In this document: in pieces, positions 59,507 through 64,000 of the stretch
Layout: the number at the start of each line of letters is the position of its first letter
Position numbering within the stretch: the first letter of the stretch is position 1
IMG/VR virus record: IMGVR_UViG_3300026549_000062
Span: 24,266 to 88,265 of that record
Length of the DNA: 64,000 nucleotides
Direction: 5' to 3' (one strand)
Origin: a virus
Lineage: Duplodnaviria; Caudoviricetes
Program-made: the position numbers and the translations under genes
Notes under the pieces: generated by a model
The model's database searches: none
Told to the model about the DNA's origin: nothing
The model's input: the letters and a program-made list of their open reading frames with translations, nothing else

Positions 59507-60483
59507 TGACTCTTTAGCTCCTTTTTAATATCTTCATACATTGTATTTATAAGATCTTTATATTTAGATGCGATAATAAGGAATTCTTTATAGTAAGCAT
59601 AATACCAGTTAACCATAGCATTTATGGTAGCACAATGTAAATTAACTAGAGAGCGATAATTATCTACTACATATTTAGGTTCATATTTAGTAGGTAATTC
59701 TTTATCCTTTATCTTCTCGCATTCTTCTTTGTACTTATTCATTATCTCTAGATTTATATGATAACGAGATTTTATGTAATTAAGATTTTCCTTACTCTCT
59801 TGAAGAAAAGAAAGGAAATCATCAATAAACTCTTTTGCTTCTATATTATCTGGACTAGATTTTTTGAAAGCTTTTTCTGTTTTAAGCTGTTCTACTATAT
59901 CGGTATATCCTCTTTTATCTTTTATAATATCTTTAGCTAATTCATCTGTGGTTAATGGTTTATTAACCCAAGATGATTTTCTCCTAAAATCTCTATATTT
60001 AGTATATGCCTTTATAAACTCTTTATCATCACAGAAAGGATATATATGAGGATCTAATCTATATGGTTTATTAGTCCAATAAGTTCTAGTACCTAAATAT
60101 GGCTGATGTTTTATAGAAGATTGTATAAATCTTATTTGGCCAGATAAATCTAAATTAGAGACTAATAATTTATTTAGTTTAGTCATTGTAGTATCATAAA
60201 ACTCAGATGAATTAGTAGTGACTATCTTGTATTTAGATTGCATTATCTTATATGCAATATCTCCTATATCATCATCATTTATTACTTTAGATTTATCAAT
60301 AGAAGAAAACATAGACTTCTGCATGTCTAGAAATTGTTTATGAGTATTAATTTTCATATCAGAAAATTCTTTATCAAAATTTTGTAAGAATTTATTAATA
60401 TCTTTATCATAAGAAGACCATTTGGAAATTTTTCCGAATACTGTTAATGGAAACATTATCCCATCAAAAAAATTAAAACTCAT
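59503..60483 (-). CDS. Hypothetical helical protein, probably virion
   Basis: Late promoter 60507-60518. Confidence 0.6.
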   Translation of the reverse strand: MSFNFFDGIMFPLTVFGKISKWSSYDKDINKFLQNFDKEFSDMKINTHKQFLDMQKSMFSSIDKSKVINDDDIGDIAYKIMQSKYKIVTTNSSEFYDTTMTKLNKLLVSNLDLSGQIRFIQSSIKHQPYLGTRTYWTNKPYRLDPHIYPFCDDKEFIKAYTKYRDFRRKSSWVNKPLTTDELAKDIIKDKRGYTDIVEQLKTEKAFKKSSPDNIEAKEFIDDFLSFLQESKENLNYIKSRYHINLEIMNKYKEECEKIKDKELPTKYEPKYVVDNYRSLVNLHCATINAMVNWYYAYYKEFLIIASKYKDLINTMYEDIKKELKSQ

Positions 60484-60579
60484 ACATACACCACCTTATA
60501 TAAACTTACCTTAATGTGGGAAAAGAAGAAAAACAACGAACGTTATCCGCCAGGATCTAGTCGTTGTTTTTGCGATTTA

Positions 60580-60870
60580 TTAGTGATCGCTACCGTTGTT
60601 CTTCATGTCGTTGGCCGTATAGTTGATATGGCTTTTGACTTTCACGTTCTCCCAGTGGATAGAGACGTGATAAAGCTTGTTACGTTTGCCATTCTCGATC
60701 TCGCAGTACTTCTTGAGATATTCCGCATCGATCTTAACCACACCGATGTGTTCAATGTAGTCATGAAGAATGAAACGGAACTTGTCGAAGTTCTCGTAGT
60801 TGGACGGATGAGCATCAGCTGCCACATCCATCTCATAGATGAGATGTGCAATATAATTGTCCTGAAGCAT
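60580..60870 (-). CDS. Early protein, GC-richer codon usage
   Basis: Early promoter 60918-60930; RBS GGGGGT. Confidence 0.7.
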   Translation of the reverse strand: MLQDNYIAHLIYEMDVAADAHPSNYENFDKFRFILHDYIEHIGVVKIDAEYLKKYCEIENGKRNKLYHVSIHWENVKVKSHINYTANDMKNNGSDH

Positions 60871-60981
60871 GGTTATACCCCCAATATATTTTAGGACGTT
60901 GACTACTTCTTCACCACTATAGTATGTAATTGATTTTTGACACTTTTACAATCCCTAGGTTGTAATAACCTAGGGATATTT

Positions 60982-62067
60982 TTAATTATTATTTTTAGAA
61001 TCACTATTTGAATTATTTACTACTGTTGATGAAGTAGATTTATTAGCAGTATCAGGTTGTTTATTATTGTTATTAACAACTACAGCTGATGAAGAAGTTT
61101 GCTGTTTATTATTATTGCCAGAATTTGTAACTATAGAATTTGATCCAGACACTGTATTTGGTTGATTCTTTATTGATTCTGCTGATTGAGGAATATTAGG
61201 TTGATTCTTGACTGTTTCTGGTTGCACAGTATTTGGTTGGGACTGTATAGGATTCTGTTGATTATTATTAAACCAACCAGATACTTTATTCATAAGATTA
61301 TTTAAGAATCCTCCATTATCTCCATTTTGATTATTAGCATTACCAGTTAACCAGTTTTTAAATGCAGCAAATTTCTGTGCTAACCATGAAGGTTCTTGTT
61401 TTACTGGAGCATTGTACTGTTGGTCAAATCCAGCTTGTTGCTGTGATTGTTGTGTGTTTGTTGTATTAACAGAAGATTGTGAATCCTGTTGTTTATTAAC
61501 AGCAATCTGCTGAGATTGTTTAGATCTCATAGAATTTATTTGATTCTGTATACCTTGCATTTTAGACAGCCTATCAGGATCATCTGTATTTTGCATTATA
61601 TCTTGATACTGTCTTCTAAGCTCCATTATCTTCTTATTACGTTCTATAATTGATTTATCTACTTCTAGAAATGTATCTACAGTAGACATATCTCCGGTTT
61701 CTAGATACATATCCATGCATAGATTACAGAACTGGTTAACAGGTAAATTCTCATTAATCGGTTCTATTATATAATTTGGAATAAAAGATAATATAGAAGA
61801 ATTCTCATATATCTTATACTCTGGAATAGAAACCTTTATATATTTAACAGGTATACCATTAATCTCAGAAAGAAGAGAAATAGATTCTTTATAACCCATA
61901 TCATATTCTTCTGAAATTAATTCTATATCTTTAAATCTTACTATAATAGAATGAAGTCTATCATTCTCTACTAATGGTATAGCACGTATATCAAATTTAT
62001 TATCTTCCAATACTGGAAGTGTATCTAAAAGAGAAGAATGTTCTTCTTTGTATATCAATTTTAACAC
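60982..62067 (-). CDS. Head-protein paralog A: shared ~135-aa N-domain plus Q/N-rich cargo
   Basis: N-domain similar to 62457-63956 (P..EN.RL.S, IS..YD, FC...MYLETGD). Confidence 0.7.
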   Translation of the reverse strand: MLKLIYKEEHSSLLDTLPVLEDNKFDIRAIPLVENDRLHSIIVRFKDIELISEEYDMGYKESISLLSEINGIPVKYIKVSIPEYKIYENSSILSFIPNYIIEPINENLPVNQFCNLCMDMYLETGDMSTVDTFLEVDKSIIERNKKIMELRRQYQDIMQNTDDPDRLSKMQGIQNQINSMRSKQSQQIAVNKQQDSQSSVNTTNTQQSQQQAGFDQQYNAPVKQEPSWLAQKFAAFKNWLTGNANNQNGDNGGFLNNLMNKVSGWFNNNQQNPIQSQPNTVQPETVKNQPNIPQSAESIKNQPNTVSGSNSIVTNSGNNNKQQTSSSAVVVNNNNKQPDTANKSTSSTVVNNSNSDSKNNN

Positions 62068-62188
62068 TCCTTTAAAAATTATATTACTTAAAAGTCTTTA
62101 AATTTAATCAAAGTACTTTTTAATACAAAAAAAGAATAGAATTATTTTTCTATTCTTTAAATGTTAATTTTAGTTAAAGATTTATTAT

Positions 62189-62383
62189 TTACATGAGTCT
62201 TTCTTCATTAGGGATCCAAGACCCACACAATTTTCCATCCGTATGGAATACCATTTCATAAACAGTATCTGGATGATTGCCTTTTTCTTTATATTGCCTT
62301 TCAAGATTTGCTGCTTCACTAGCAATTGTACATCCATTCTTAATAATACGTAAGTATGATATTACAATATAATAGTACATCAC
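62189..62383 (-). CDS. Possible small protein; start uncertain
   Basis: 64-aa ORF with no clear RBS. Confidence 0.3.
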   Translation of the reverse strand: MMYYYIVISYLRIIKNGCTIASEAANLERQYKEKGNHPDTVYEMVFHTDGKLCGSWIPNEERLM

Positions 62384-62406
62384 TGAAAAAAAAATTAAAA
62401 GTTATT

Positions 62407-62434
62407 AGGCTATGGGATTTAACCCATAGCCTAG
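62407..62434 (-). terminator. Intrinsic terminator
   Basis: TAGGCTATGGG/CCCATAGCCTA. Confidence 0.7.
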
Positions 62435-62456
62435 TTATTTTATACAAATAAAGTTA

Positions 62457-63956
62457 TCAATGTCTATCAGAGAGTTTCTGCATTTTAGCAAGAAGTGCAT
62501 CTATAACCTGCAGAACTTTGGCTGCTGCACTCTTAAGAATGTTTGCTTTACCAGCATCAGATTGTTTCTTAGCAACTTCGAGCCACTTGGAATAAATATT
62601 ACGAAGTGCTGCAATCTTTCTAGCAATCCAGGATTTTGGTTTATTCTCAGATTGTTTAAGAATATGATGAATAATAGCAACAGAACCAGCAACGCCTGCT
62701 ACTGCACCAACACCTATACCAACTTTCTTAAGTGAAGTACCCTCTCCACCATTATTGGCTGCAGATGATGCAGCAGAAGATACACTATTTGCTACACTGC
62801 TAGCAGCATTTTTAACTGTTTTCGCAACTGATGAAGAAGTTGATTCTTTCTTATCTTCCTTCTTACCACCAGAAAAAGCCTGACCGACTTTATCTGCTAG
62901 TGATGAAGATGAAGAGCTAGAGCTTGAAGAACCACCAGTTACTTTATCAACAGCATCTTTAACTTTCTGAGTTACTGAAGAATCACTCTTGTTGGAACTG
63001 CTGGAAGAGCCTACAATTGGAAGACCCTTAAATATTCCTTTTTTATCCTTCTTGCCAAGACTACCAAGATCAACCTTAGGAGGTATAAATCTTTTCTTAA
63101 CAGAGTCTAGTGTTGCAGGAAGCATACTGCTACTACCTTTTTCTTCTTTACTAGACGTAGACGAATCTGATTTAGAAGAACCAACACCGAGTGCTTTACC
63201 AGCTCTTGAAAATAGCGAATTTATTGTGCCGCCACCAGAGATTTCCTTGTCTCCAGATCTGTCATCAGTATCTACAAATCCAGGGAATTCTCCTTCTTTA
63301 TTCTTTAGCCAATTCTTAATATGTGGACTCATCTTACCAAAATCGGAAGCATGAATAATACCATCACTACCTGGGATTACACCACTCTGTTTATCAGTTG
63401 ATAAAGAGGACTTTACACCAGCTAGTTTATTACCAACATTAGATAGTGCAGATTGTACTGTTGTAAGAGCACCAGAATCTGATGATGATTTACCCATAAG
63501 ATTTCTAGCTCTATCAAGCATACGACCTTTCTTATGAACATCTTCATCTACAATAACGTTAAGATACTCTTCATCACCAGTCTCTAGATACATTTCTAGA
63601 GCACTCTCACAGAATTTATAAGCAAGACTATCTTCAGATTCTGGTTTGATAACAATATTGTTTATTTCATTAACAATATCTGGATCTTCAATAATCTTAT
63701 ACTCATCTATCATTACCGTAGCATCATCTAGATCATTAGATTCTGTTATAGAAGATAGAGCCGTAAGATAATCGCAATCATAATCTTCAGAAATCTTTTC
63801 TATATAAGAGAAATCTACAACATTAGATTTCAGTCTAGAATTCTCTATTACAGGAACTGTAACAACATTAGTCTTTGATTCTTCTTGTGTTAGATATACA
63901 CATTCGTCAAGATTAACGCTATTCTGTTCTTGCAAATCTTGTTCTTTGAAAAGCAT
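62457..63956 (-). CDS. Head-protein paralog B: shared N-domain plus Ser/Lys-rich cargo and C-terminal hydrophobic helix
   Basis: See paralog A; VGIGVGAVAGVAGSVAII segment. Confidence 0.75.
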   Translation of the reverse strand: MLFKEQDLQEQNSVNLDECVYLTQEESKTNVVTVPVIENSRLKSNVVDFSYIEKISEDYDCDYLTALSSITESNDLDDATVMIDEYKIIEDPDIVNEINNIVIKPESEDSLAYKFCESALEMYLETGDEEYLNVIVDEDVHKKGRMLDRARNLMGKSSSDSGALTTVQSALSNVGNKLAGVKSSLSTDKQSGVIPGSDGIIHASDFGKMSPHIKNWLKNKEGEFPGFVDTDDRSGDKEISGGGTINSLFSRAGKALGVGSSKSDSSTSSKEEKGSSSMLPATLDSVKKRFIPPKVDLGSLGKKDKKGIFKGLPIVGSSSSSNKSDSSVTQKVKDAVDKVTGGSSSSSSSSSSLADKVGQAFSGGKKEDKKESTSSSVAKTVKNAASSVANSVSSAASSAANNGGEGTSLKKVGIGVGAVAGVAGSVAIIHHILKQSENKPKSWIARKIAALRNIYSKWLEVAKKQSDAGKANILKSAAAKVLQVIDALLAKMQKLSDRH

Positions 63957-64000
63957 AATTTTCTCTCCTTATTTATTAAATTTAATAGGGGGGGGGGGGA

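Noticed and set aside
63988-63999. Poly-G run at the window end
   Set aside because: Cut by the edge; could be a terminator arm or a sequencing artefact.
1-64000. CRISPR array, tRNA, rRNA, tmRNA, intron, integrase, reverse transcriptase
   Set aside because: No regularly spaced repeats or diagnostic motifs seen by eye; tRNAscan and Infernal were not run.

Overview
AT-rich, gene-dense 64 kb segment of a jumbo myophage, most likely AR9/PBS1/phiKZ-like and probably infecting a low-GC Firmicute (strong AGGAGG RBSs). All assignments are from motif recognition by eye; no searches were run. Core genes recognised: large terminase, prohead protease, major capsid protein, split multisubunit RNAP beta' N-half with DFDGD, primase, GroEL-like chaperonin, a probable gp226/gp68-like promoter-specificity subunit, dTMP-kinase-like protein, gp25-like and gp26-like tail/baseplate proteins, PC4-like protein and a Zn-finger TnsA/gp4-like nuclease. 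Two phage promoter classes can be read from the DNA: about 20 copies of an early-type TTTACATACTATA motif before accessory genes, and at least 13 copies of (A/C/G)ACA-N6-T(A/G), matching the AR9 late consensus, before virion genes. Most unusual observations: (1) two homologous ~300-nt panhandle elements (37810-38111 +, 56708-56998 -), each with a small ORF and a conserved structured 3' motif, bracketed by convergent early- and late-type promoters; (2) three paralogous two-gene cassettes of a small protein plus a transglutaminase-like Cys-His-Asp enzyme, one with an in-frame stop; (3) a 51-aa ORF repeating a 10-aa motif of the capsid C-terminal tail; (4) a probable -1 frameshift extending the gp26-like protein; (5) a ~35-nt leader hairpin shared by two unrelated early genes. 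No tRNA, rRNA, CRISPR array, integrase or reverse transcriptase was seen.
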